Positions 1 through 11,559 of a stretch of 30,031 bases of DNA are shown here, piece after piece. Origin of the DNA: Zygnema circumcarinatum SAG 698-1b. Taxonomy: Eukaryota > Plantae > Zygnematophyceae. Position 1 is the stretch's first letter. Each line of letters begins with the position of its first letter. The notes beneath the pieces were generated by a model. That model saw only the letters and a list, made by a program, of their open reading frames with translations. It ran no database searches and had not been told where the DNA came from. The stretch covers positions 1 to 30,031 of the forward strand of contig JBBHKD010000025.1 of assembly GCA_037447605.1 (NCBI GenBank). The letters run 5' to 3'. The position numbers and the translations under genes are program-made.

Positions 1-849
1 GAGACGCCAAATGGACTCAATCTTTTTGTGCATACGGCGGACACACAGTAGAGTGACGCTAAGAAATTTCGGAGCACAAAAGTAAAAGACAAAAAAGTTA
101 TATATAACGGAAAGGACGTGTATACGAACGCAACCTATTGCACGTGTCAAAAAAACGTCCATATCTGAATAGAAAGAACGCCAAATTGACTCAAACGTTT
201 TGTGCATACGGCGGACTCACTGTAGAGTGACGCTGAGAAATTTCGGTGCAAAAGAGTAAAAGACAAAAAAGTTATGTATAACGGAGTGGACATGTATAGG
301 AACGCAACTTATTGCACGTGTCACAAAAACGTCCATATTTGAATAGGGAAAACGCCAAATTGACTCAAACTTTTTGTGCATACGGCGGATTCACTGTAGA
401 GTAACGCTGAGAAATTTCGGTGCACAAAACTAAAGACAAAAAAGTTATATATATAACAGGTGGAGTGGACGTGTATCTGAAACGCTGACCTATAACCGCG
501 TGTCACAAAACGTCGAGTATCACGAGACGGGAGAACATAAAATGGACTCAATCTTTTGTGCGGCGGACCTACGATGAAGTGACGCTAAGAAATTTCAGGC
601 ACAAAAGTAAAGACAAAAAAGTTATATTTAACGAATTGGACGTGTATAGGAGCACTAACTTATTGCGATGTCACAAAAGCATCATATCTGAATAGGGACA
701 ACAATTGACTCAACTTTTTGTGCATACGGCCAACTCAATAGAGTGTGACGCTGAGAATTTCGGTGCAAGAATAAAAGACAAAAAAGTTATGTATAACAGA
801 TTGGACGTGTATAGGAGCGCAACGTGCGTGTCACAAAAACGTCCATATC

Positions 850-2590
850 TGAATAGGGAGCAGCAGTGAGCTCAAACTTTTTGTGCATACAGCGGACTCA
901 CTGTAGAGTGACGCTGAGAAATTTCAGTGCAAAAATAAAGGCTTAAAATATTATATATATATAGCAGGTGGACGTGTATGAGCATCCTATTGCGTAATCA
1001 CAAAAGCATCCCATATTTGAATGGGAGAACATAGGTGAAACCAAACTTCTTGTGCATACAGCGGACTCACTATAAATTGACAACTGAGAAATTTCGGTGC
1101 AAAAGAATAAAAGACAAAAAAGTTATGTATAACGGAGTGGACGTGTATAGGAACGCAACTTATTGCACGTGTCACAAAAACGTCCATATCTAAATAGGGA
1201 GAACGCTTAATTGACTCAAACTTTTTGTGCATACGGCGGACTCACTGTAGAGTGACGTTGAGAAATTTCGGTGCAAAAGAGTAAAAGACAAAAACGTTAT
1301 GTATAACGGAGTGGACGTGTATAGGAACGCAACCTATTGCACGTGTCACTAAAACGTCCATATCTGAATAGGGAGAACGCTTAATTGACTCAAACTTTTT
1401 GTGCATACGGCGGACTCACTGTAGAGTGACGCTGAGAAATTTCGGTGCAAAAGCGTAAAAGACAAAAACGTTATGTATAACGGAGTGGACGTGTATAGGA
1501 ACGCAACCTATTGCACGTGTCACAAAAACGTCCATATCTGAATGAGGAGAACGCTTAATTGACTCAAACTTTTTGTGCATACGGTGGACTCACTGTAGAG
1601 TGACGCTGGGAAATTTCGGTGCAAAAGAGTAAAAGACAAAAAAGTTATGTATAACGGAGTGGACGTGTATAGGAACGCAACCTATTGCACGTGTCACTAA
1701 AACGTCCATATCTGAATAGAACGCCAAATTGACTCAAACGTTTTGTGCATACGGCGGACTCAATGTAGAGTGACGCTGAGAAATTTCGGTGCAAAAGAGT
1801 AAAAGACAAAAAAGTTATGTATAACGGAGTGGACATGTATAGGAACGCAACTTATTGCACGTGTCACAAAAACGTCCATATCTGAATAGGGACAACGCTT
1901 AATTGACTCAAACTTTTTGTGCATACGGCGGACTCACTGTAGAGTGACGCTGAGAAATTTCGGTGCAAAAGAATAAAAGACAAAAAGTTATGTATAACGG
2001 AGTGGACGTGTATAGGAACGCAACCTATTGCACGTGTCACAAAAACGTCCATATCTGAATAGGGAGAACGCTTAATTGACTCAAACTTTTTGTGCATACG
2101 GCGGACTCACTGTAGAGTGACGCTGAGAAATTTCGGTGCAAAAAAATAAAAGACAAAAATATTATATATAACGGAGTGGACGTGTATAGGAACGCATCCT
2201 ATTGCACGTGTCACAAAAACGTCCATATTTGAATGGGGAGAACGCCAAATTGACTCAAACTTCTTGTGCATACGGCGGACTCACTATAGAGTGACGCTGA
2301 GAAATTTCGGTGCAAAAGAATAAAAGACAAAAAAGTTATGTATAACGGAGTGGACATGTATAGGAACGCAACTTATTGCACGTGTCACAAAAACGTCCAT
2401 ATCTAAATAGGGAGAACGCTTAATTGACTCAAACTTTTTGTGCATACGGCGGACTCACTGTAGAGTGACGTTGAGAAATTTCGGTGCAAAAGAGTAAAAG
2501 ACAAAAACGTTATGTATAACGGAGTGGACGTGTATAGGAACGCAACCTATTGCACGTGTCACAAAAACGTCCATATCTGAATAGGGAAAA
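850..2590 (+). repeat. 7-monomer HOR, type 1 (about 1.4 copies, period ~1.21 kb)
   Basis: CATATTTGAATGG at 1012 and 2224 and CATATCTAAATAGG at 1185 and 2398 (offsets 1212-1213; 7x174=1218). Both copies share AATATTATATATA, AACTTCTTGTGC and GTGACGTTGAG. Confidence 0.8.
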
Positions 2591-2920
2591 CGCCAAATTG
2601 ACTCAAACTTTTTGTGCATACGGCGGACTCACTATAGAGTGACGCTGAGAAATTTCGGTGCAAAAGAATAAAAGACAAAAAAGTTATGTATAACGGAGTG
2701 GACATGTATAGGAACGCAACTTATTGCACGTGTCACAAAAACGTCCATATCTAAATAGGAGAACGCTTAATTGACTCAAACTTTTTGTGCATACGGCGGA
2801 CTCACTGTAGAGTGACGTTGAGAAATTTCGGTGCAAAAGAGTAAAGACAAAAACAAGGTATAACGGAGTGGACGTATAGGAACGCTAACCTATTGCACGT
2901 CACAAAAACGTCCATATCTG
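2220..2920 (+). repeat. Local dimer duplication (2 monomers x2)
   Basis: CATATCTAAATAGG with GTGACGTTGAG at 2398 and 2747 (offset 349, about 2x174). Each is preceded by a CCAAATTG / CACTATAGAG monomer. Confidence 0.8.
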
Positions 2921-5539
2921 GATAGGGAAAACGCTTAATTGACTCAAACTTTTTGTGCATACGGCGGACTCACTATAGAGTAACGCTGCGAAATTTCGGT
3001 GCAAAAAAGAGTAAAAGACAAAATAGTTATGTATAACGGAGTGGACATGTATAGGAACACAACTTATTGCACGTGTCACAAAAACGTCCATATCTGAATA
3101 GGGAGAACGCTTAATTGACTCAAACTTGTTGTGCATACGGCGGACTCACTGTAGAGTGACGCTGAGAAATTTCGGTGCAAAAGAGTAAAAGACAAAAAAG
3201 TTATGTATAACGGAGTGGACATGTATAGGAACGCAACTTATTGCACGTGTCACAAAAACGTCCATATCTGAATAAGGAGAACGCCAAATGGACTCAATCT
3301 TTTGTGCATACGGCGGACACACAGTAGAGTGACGCTAAGAAATTTCGGAGCACAAAAGTAAAAGACAAAAAAGTTATATATAACGGAGTGGACGTGTATA
3401 CGAACGCAACCTATTGCACGTGTCAAAAAAACGTCCATATCTGAATAGAAAGAAAGCCAAATTGACTCAAACGTTTTGTGCATACGGCGGACTCACTGTA
3501 GAGTGACGCTGAGAAATTTCGGTGCAAAAGAGTAAAAGACAAAAAAGTTATGTATAACGGAGTGGACATGTATAGGAACGCAACTTATTGCACGTGTCAC
3601 AAAAACGTCCATATTTGAATAGGGAAAACGCCAAATTGACTCAAACTTTTTGTGCATACGGCGGATTCACTGTAGAGTAACGCTGAGAAATTTCGGTGCA
3701 CAAAACTAAAAGACAAAAAAGTTATATATAACGGAGTGGACGTGTATACGAACGCAGCCTATAGCACGTGTCACAAAAACGTCCATATCTGAATAGGGAG
3801 AACGCCAAATGGACTCAATCTTTTTGTGCATACGGCGGACACACAGTAGAGTGACGCTAAGAAATTTCGGTGCAAAAAAGTAAAAGACAAAAAAGTTATA
3901 TATAACGGAGTGGACGTGTATAGGAACGCAACTTATTGCACGTGTCACAAAAACGTCCATATCTGAATAGGGACAACGCTTAATTGACTCAAACTTTTTG
4001 TGCATACGGCGGACTCACTGTAGAGTGACGCTGAGAAATTTCGGTGCAAAAGAATAAAAGACAAAAAGTTATGTATAACGGAGTGGACGTGTATAGGAAC
4101 GCAACCTATTGCACGCGTCACAAAAACGTCCATATCTGAATAGGGAGAACGCCAAATGGACTCAAACTTTTTGTGCATACCGCGGACTCAATGTAGAATG
4201 ACGCTGAGAAATTTCGGTGCAAAAAAATAAAAGACAAAAAAGTTATATATAACGGAGTGGACGTGTATAGGAACGCAACCTATTGCACGTGTCACAAAAA
4301 CGTCCATATTTGAATGGGGAGAACGCCAAATTGACTCAAACTTTTTGTGCATACGGCGGACTCACTATAGAGTGACGCTGAGAAATTTCGGTGCAAAAGA
4401 GTAAAAGACAAAAACGTTATGTATAACGGAGTGGACGTGTATAGGAACGCAACCTATTGCACGTGTCACAAAAACGTCCATATCTGAATAGGGAGAGCGC
4501 TTAATTGACTCAAACTTTTTGTGCATACGGCGAACTCACTGTAGAGTGACGCTGAGAAATTTCAGTGCAAAAGAGTAAAAGACAAAAACGTTATGTATAA
4601 CGGAGTGCACATGTATAGGAACACAACTTATTGCACGTGTCACAAAAACGTCCATATCTGAATAGGGAGAACGCTTAATTGACTCAAACTTGTTGTGCAT
4701 ACGGCGGACTCACTGTAGAGTGACGCTAAGAAATTTCGGTGCAAAAAAGTAAAAGACAAAAAAGTTATGTATAACGGAGTGGACATGTATAGGAACGCAA
4801 CTTATTGCACGTGTCACAAAAACGTCCATATCTGAATAGGGAGAACGCTTAATTGACTCAAACTTTTTGTGCATACGGCGGACACACTGTAGAGTGACGC
4901 TAAGAAATTTCGGAGCAAAAAAGTAAAAGACAAAAAGTTATATATAACGGAAAGGACGTGTATACGAACGCAACCTATTGCACGTGTCACAAAAACGTCC
5001 ATATCTGAATAGAAAGAACGCCAAATTGACTCAAACGTTTTGTGCATACGGCGGACTCACTGTAGAGTGACGCTGAGAAATTTCGGTGCAAAAGAGTAAA
5101 AGACAAAAAAGTTATGTATAACGGAGTGGACATGTATAGGAACGCAACTTATTGCACGTGTCACAAAAACGTCCATATCTGAATAGGGAGAACGCTTAAT
5201 TGACTCAAACTTTTTGTGCATACGGCGGACTCACTGTAGAGTGACGCTGAGAAATTTCGGTGCAAAAGAATAAAAGACAAAAAAGTTATGTATAACGGAG
5301 TGGACGTGTATAGGAACGCAACTTATTGCACGTGTCACAAAAACGTCCATATCTGAATAGGGACAACGCTTAATTGACTCAAACTTTTTGTGCATACGGC
5401 GGACTCACTGTAGAGTGACGCTGAGAAATTTCGGTGCAAAAGAATAAAAGACAAAAAAGTTATGTATAACGGAGTGGACGTGTATAGGAACGCAACCTAT
5501 TGCACGTGTCACAAAAACGTCCATATCTGAATAGGGAGA

Positions 5540-8500
5540 ACGCTTAATTGACTCAAACTTTTTGTGCATACGGCGGACTCACTGTAGAGTGACGCTGAGA
5601 AATTTCGGTGTGAAAGAGTAAAAGACAAAAACGTTATGTATAACAGAGTGGACGTGTATAGGAACGCAACCTATTGCACGTGTCACTAAAACGTCCATAT
5701 GTGAATAGGGAGAACGCTTAATTGACTCAAACTTTTTGTGCATACGGCGGACTCACTGTAGAGTGACGCTGAGAATTTTCGGTGCAAAAGCGTAAAAGAC
5801 AAAAACGTTATGTATAACGGAGTGGACGTGTATAGGAACGCAACCTATTGCACGTGTCACAAAAACGTCCATATCTGAATAGGGAGAACGCTTAATTGAC
5901 TCAAACTTTTTGTGCATACGGCGGACACACTGTAGAGTGACGCTGAGAAATTTCGGTGCAAAAAAGTAAAAGACAAAAAAGTTATGTATAACGGAGTGGA
6001 CGTGTATAGGAACGCAACCTATTGCACGTGTCACAAAAACGTCCATATCTGAATAGGGAGAACGCTTAATTGACTCAAACTTTTTGTGCATACGGCGGAC
6101 TCACTGTAGAGTGACGCTGAGAAATTTCGGTAAAAAAGAGTAAAAGACAAAAAAGTAATGTACAACGGAGTGGACATGTATAGGAACGCAACTTATTGCA
6201 CGTGTCACAAAAACGTCCATATCTGAATAGGGACAACGCTTAATTGACTCAAACTTTTTGTGCATACGGCGGACTCACTGTAGAGTGACGCTGAGAAATT
6301 TCGGTGCAAAAGAATAAAAGACAAAAAGTTATGTATAACGGAGTGGACGTGTATAGGAACGCAACCTATTGCACGTGTCACAAAAACGTCCATATCTGAA
6401 TAGGGAGAACGCTTAATTGACTCAAACTTTTTGTGCATACGGCGGACTCACTGTAGAGTGACGCTGAGAAATTTCGGTGCAAAAGAGTAAAAGACAAAAA
6501 CGTTATGTATAACAGAGTGGACGTGTATAGGAACGCAACCTATTGCACGTGTCACTAAAACGTCCATATTCAGTCAGGGGACAACGCTTAATTGGATCTA
6601 AACTTTGCAGTATTGGCCGGCGGACCCATTGTAGAGTGACGCTGGACAAATTCTGGTGCAAAAGAATAAAAAGACAAAAAAGTTATGTATAACGGAGTGG
6701 ATCGCATAGAACGCTAACCTATCAAGACGCGTCACGAAAACGTCCATATCTGAATAGGGAGAACGCTTAATTGACTCAAACTTTTTGTGCATACGGCGGA
6801 CTCACTGTAGAGTGACGCTGAGAAATTTCGGTGTGAAAGAGTAAAAGACAAAAACGTTATGTATAACAGAGTGGACGTGTATAGGAACGCAACCTATTGC
6901 ACGTGTCACTAAAACGTCCATATGTGAATAGGGAGAACGCTTAATTGACTCAAACTTTTTGTGCATACGGCGGACTCACTGTAGAGTGACGCTGAGAATT
7001 TTCGGTGCAAAAGCGTAAAAGACAAAAACGTTATGTATAACGGAGTGGACGTGTATAGGAACGCAACCTATTGCACGTGTCACAAAAACGTCCATATCTG
7101 AATAGGGAGAACGCTTAATTGACTCAAACTTTTTGTGCATACGGCGGACTCACTGTAGAGTGACGCTGGGAAATTTCGGTGCAAAAGAGTAAAAGACAAA
7201 AAAGTTATGAATAACGGAGTGGACGTGTATAGGAACGCAACCTATTACACCTGTCACAAAAACGTCCATATCTGAAAAGCAAGAACGCCAAATTGACTCA
7301 AACGTTTTGAGCATACGCCGCACTCACCGTAGGGTGACGCTCAGAAATTTCGGTGCAAAAGAATAAAAGACAAAAAATTTAGGTATAACGGAGTGGGACA
7401 TGGGATAAAGAACGAACTTATTGCATCGTGGTTACAAAACGTCTATATCCTGAATAGGGACAACGCTTAATTGACTCAAACTTTTTGTGCATACGGCGGA
7501 CTCACTGTAGAGTGACGCTGAGAAATTTCGGTGCAAAAGAATAAAAGACAAAAAAGTTATGTATAACTGAGTGGACGTGTATAGAACGCGAACCTATTGC
7601 ACGTGTCACAAAAACGTCCGAGACCGGGAATAGGCGGGAACGCTTAATTGACCTCAAACTTTTTGTGCATTACCGGGCGGACTCAGAGGCGACGCTGAGA
7701 AATTTCTGGTGCAAAAGAGTAAAAGACAAAAATCGTTATGTAGCGTAACAGAGTGGATCGCATAGAACGTTAACCTATTGCACGTGTCACTTCAAAACGC
7801 CCGGCATTCCTGAAATAGGGACAACGCTTAATTGACTCAAACTTTTTGTGCATACGGCGGACTCACTGTAGAGTGACTCTGAGAAATTTCGGTGCACAAG
7901 ACTAAAAGACAAAAAAGTTACGTATAACAGAGCGGACGAGTGTAGGGACGGAAAAGAGTGCACGCGTCAGAAAAACGTCCATATCCGGCTAGGAGAAACG
8001 CTTTAATTGACTCCAAACTTTTTGTGCATACGGCGGACTCAATTTCGTAGAGTGACGCTGAGAAATTTCCTGGTGTGAAAGAGTAAAGACAAAAACGTTA
8101 TGTATAACAGAGTGGACGTGTATAGGAACGCAACCTATTGCACGTGTCACTAAAACGTCCATATGTGAATAGGGAGAACGCTTAATTGACTCAAACTTTT
8201 TGTGCATACGGCGGACTCACTGTAGAGTGACGCTGAGAATTTTCGGTGCAAAAGCGTAAAAGACAAAAACGTTATGTATAACGGAGTGGACGTGTATAGG
8301 AACGCAACCTATTGCACGTGTCACAAAAACGTCCATATCTGAATAGGGAGAACGCTTAATTGACTCAAACTTTTTGTGCATACGGCGGACTCACTGTAGA
8401 GTGACGCTGGGAAATTTCGGTGCAAAAGAGTAAAAGACAAAAAAGTTATGAATAACGGAGTGGACGTGTATAGAACGCAACCTATTACACCTGTCACAAA

Positions 8501-9400
8501 AACGTCCATATCTGAAAAGAAAGAACGCCAAATTGACTCAAACGTTTTGAGCATACGGCGGACTCACTGTAGAGTGACGCTGAGAAATTTCGGTGCAAAA
8601 GAGTAAAAGACAAAAAAGTTATGTATAACTGAGTGGGATATGTATAGAACGTGCAAACCCTATTGCACGTAATACAAAAAAACGCTCATATCTCAATAGG
8701 GACAAACGCTTTAATTGACTCCAAACTTTTTGTGCATACGGCGGACTCATCAGAGTGACGCTTAAGGAAATTTCGGTGCAAAAGAATAAAAGACAAAAAA
8801 GTTGGTGTATAACGGAGGGACGGTATAGGAACGCGCTAACTCCATTGCACGCGGTCACAAAAACGTCCATATCTGAATAGGGAGAACGCTTAATTGACCT
8901 CAAACTTTTTGTGCATACGGCGGACCTTGCTAATCAGAGTGACGCTGAGAAATTTCGGTGCAAAAGGAGTAAAAGACAAAACGGCGTTATGTGGTGCAAC
9001 AGTGGACGCGGTGAACGCGAACCTATTGCACGTGTCACTAAAACGTCCATATGTGAATAGGGAGAACGCTTAATTGACTCAAACTTTTTGTGCATACGGC
9101 GGACTCACTGTAGAGTGACGCTGAGAATTTTCGGTGCAAAAGCGTAAAAGACAAAAAAGTTATGTATAACGGAGTGGACGTATAGGAACGCTAACCTATT
9201 GCACGTGTCACAAAAAAAACGTCCATATCCGAATAGGAGAACGCTGACTGACCTCAAACTTTTTGTGCATACGGCGGACTCATCAGAGTGACGCTGGAAA
9301 TTCCCTGGCAGCAAAAAAGAGTAAAAGACAAAAAAGTTATGTATAACGGAGTGGACATGTATAGGAACGCAACTTATTGCACGTGTCACAAAAACGTCCA
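5540..9400 (+). repeat. 7-monomer HOR, type 2 (offsets 7, 7, then 5 monomers)
   Basis: GTGTGAAAG at ~5608, 6831 and 8073. CATATGTGAAT at 5696, 6919, 8160 and 9048 (offsets 1223, 1241, 888). GCAAAAGCG marks the same phase. Confidence 0.82.
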
Positions 9401-10081
9401 TATCTGAATAGGGAGAACGCTTAATTGACTCAAACTTTTTGTGCATACGGCGGACTCACTGTAGAGTGACGCTGAGAAATTTCGGTGCAAAAGAGTAAAA
9501 GACAAAAAAGTTATGTATAACGGAGTGGACATGTATAGGAACGCAACTTATTGCACGTGTCACAAAAACGTCCATATCTGAATAGGGACAACGCTTAATT
9601 GACGCAAACTTTTTGTGCATACGGCGGACTCACTGTAGAGTGACGCTGAGAAATTTCGGTGCAAAAGAATAAAAGACAAAAAAGTTATGTATAACGGAGT
9701 GGGACGTGTATAGGAACGCAACTTATTGCACGTGTCACAAAAACGTCCATATCTGAATAGGGAGAACGCTTAATTGACTCAAACTTTTTGTGCATACGGC
9801 GGACTCACCGTAGAGTGACGCTGAGAAATTTCGGTGCAAAAGAGTAAAAGAAAAAAACGTTATGTATAACAGGAGTGGACGGTATAGAACGCGAACCTAA
9901 TGCACGTAAGTCACTAAAACGTCCATATCTGAATAGTGGACAACGCTTAATTGACTCAAACTTTTTGTGCATACGGCGGACCACAGAGTGACGCTGGACT
10001 ACCCTGGTGCAAAAGAATAAAAGACAAAAAAGTTATGTATAACGGAGTGGACGTGTATAGGAACGCAACCTATTGCACGTG

Positions 10082-10255
10082 TCACAAAAACGTCCATATC
10101 TGAATAGGGAGAACGCTTAATTGACTCAAACTTTTTGTGCATACGGCGGACTCACTGTAGAGTGACGCTGAGAAATTTCGGTGCAAAAGAGTAAAAGACA
10201 AAAAAGTTATGTATAACGGAGTGGACGTGTATAGGAACGCAACCTATTGCACGTG
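10082..10255 (+). repeat. Representative consensus monomer (174 bp)
   Basis: Read directly from the sequence. Hand count: A61 C30 G42 T41, so 41% GC and 59% purine on the + strand, with 10 CpG. Confidence 0.97.
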
Positions 10256-11559
10256 TCACAAAAACGTCCATGTCTGAATAGGGAGAACGCCAAATTGACT
10301 CAAACGTTTTGTGCATACGGCGGACTCACTGTAGAGTGACGCTGAGAAATTTCGGTGCAAAAGAGTAAAAGACAAAAAAGTTATGTATAACGGAGTGGAC
10401 ATGTATAGGAACGCAACTTATTGCACGTGTCACAAAAACGTCCATATCTGAATAGGGACAACGCTTAATTGACTCAAACTTTTTGTGCATACGGCGGACT
10501 CACTGTAGAGTGACGCTGAGAAATTTCGGTGCAAAAGAATAAAAGACAAAAAAGTTATGTATAACGGAGTGGACGTGTATAGGAACGCAACCTATTGCAC
10601 GTGTCACAAAAACGTCCATATCTGAATAGGGAGAACGCTTAATTGACTCAAACTTTTTGTGCATACGGCGGACTCACTGTAGAGTGACGCTGAGAAATTT
10701 CGGTGCAAAAGAGTAGAAGACAAAAATGTTATGTATAACGGAGTGGACGTGTATAGGAACGCAACCTATTGCACGTGTCACAAAAACGTCCATATCTGAA
10801 TAGGGAGAACGCTTAATTGACTCAAACTTTTTGTGCATACGGCGGACTCACTGTAGAGTGACGCTGAGAAATTTCGGTGCAAAAGAGTAAAAGACAAAAA
10901 AGTTATATATAACGGAGTAGACGTGTATAGGAACGCAACCTATTGCACATGTCACAAAAACGTCCATATCTGAATAGGGAGAACGCTTAATTGACTCAAA
11001 CTTTTTGTGCATATGGGCGTACTCACTGTAGAGTGACGCTGGGAAATTTCGGTGCAAAAGAGTAAAAGACAAAAAAGTTATGTATAACGGAGTGGACGTG
11101 TATACGAACGCAACCTATTGCACGTGTCACAAAAACGTCCATATCTGAATAGGGAGAACGCCAAATTGACTCAAACTTTTTGTGCATACGGCGGACTCAC
11201 TGTAGAGTGACGCTGAGAAATTTCGGTGCAAAAGAGTAAAAGACAAAAAAGTTATGTATAACGGAGTGGACATGTATAGGAACGCAACTTATTGCACGTG
11301 TCACAAAAACGTCCATATCTGAATAGGGACAACGCTTAATTGACTCAAACTTTTTGTGCATACGGCGGACTCACTGTAGAGTGACGCTGAGAAATTTCGG
11401 TGCAAAAGAATAAAAGACAAAAAAGTTATGTATAACGGAGTGGACGTGTATATGAACGCAACCTATTGCACGTGTTACAAAAACGTGCAGATCTGATTAG
11501 GGAACACGCTTAATTTCCGCAAACGTTTTGTGCATATGCGGACTCACTGTAGAGTGACG

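Noticed and set aside
480-1080. Degraded patches as old diverged monomers or transposon insertions
   Set aside because: They still align to the monomer in phase, contain no foreign sequence or target-site duplications, and are not shared between duplicated blocks. They are better explained as sequencing error.
10145-10185. tRNA/5S/snRNA/SL-RNA tandem gene array
   Set aside because: I found no cloverleaf, no GTTCRA B-box and no recognisable 5S, U-snRNA or spliced-leader motif. The small stem TCACT/AGTGA is insufficient.
10176-10192. CENP-B box-like TTCGGTGCAAAAGAG
   Set aside because: It matches 7 of the 9 core positions of TTCGnnnnAnnCGGG but has AGAG in place of the essential CGGG, so it is not a canonical box. 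A partial match of this kind can arise by chance.
10185-10205. Phased A-tracts giving intrinsic curvature
   Set aside because: The A-runs at monomer positions 104-107, 112-115 and 119-124 are spaced ~8 bp, not 10-11 bp. Curvature cannot be claimed without modelling.
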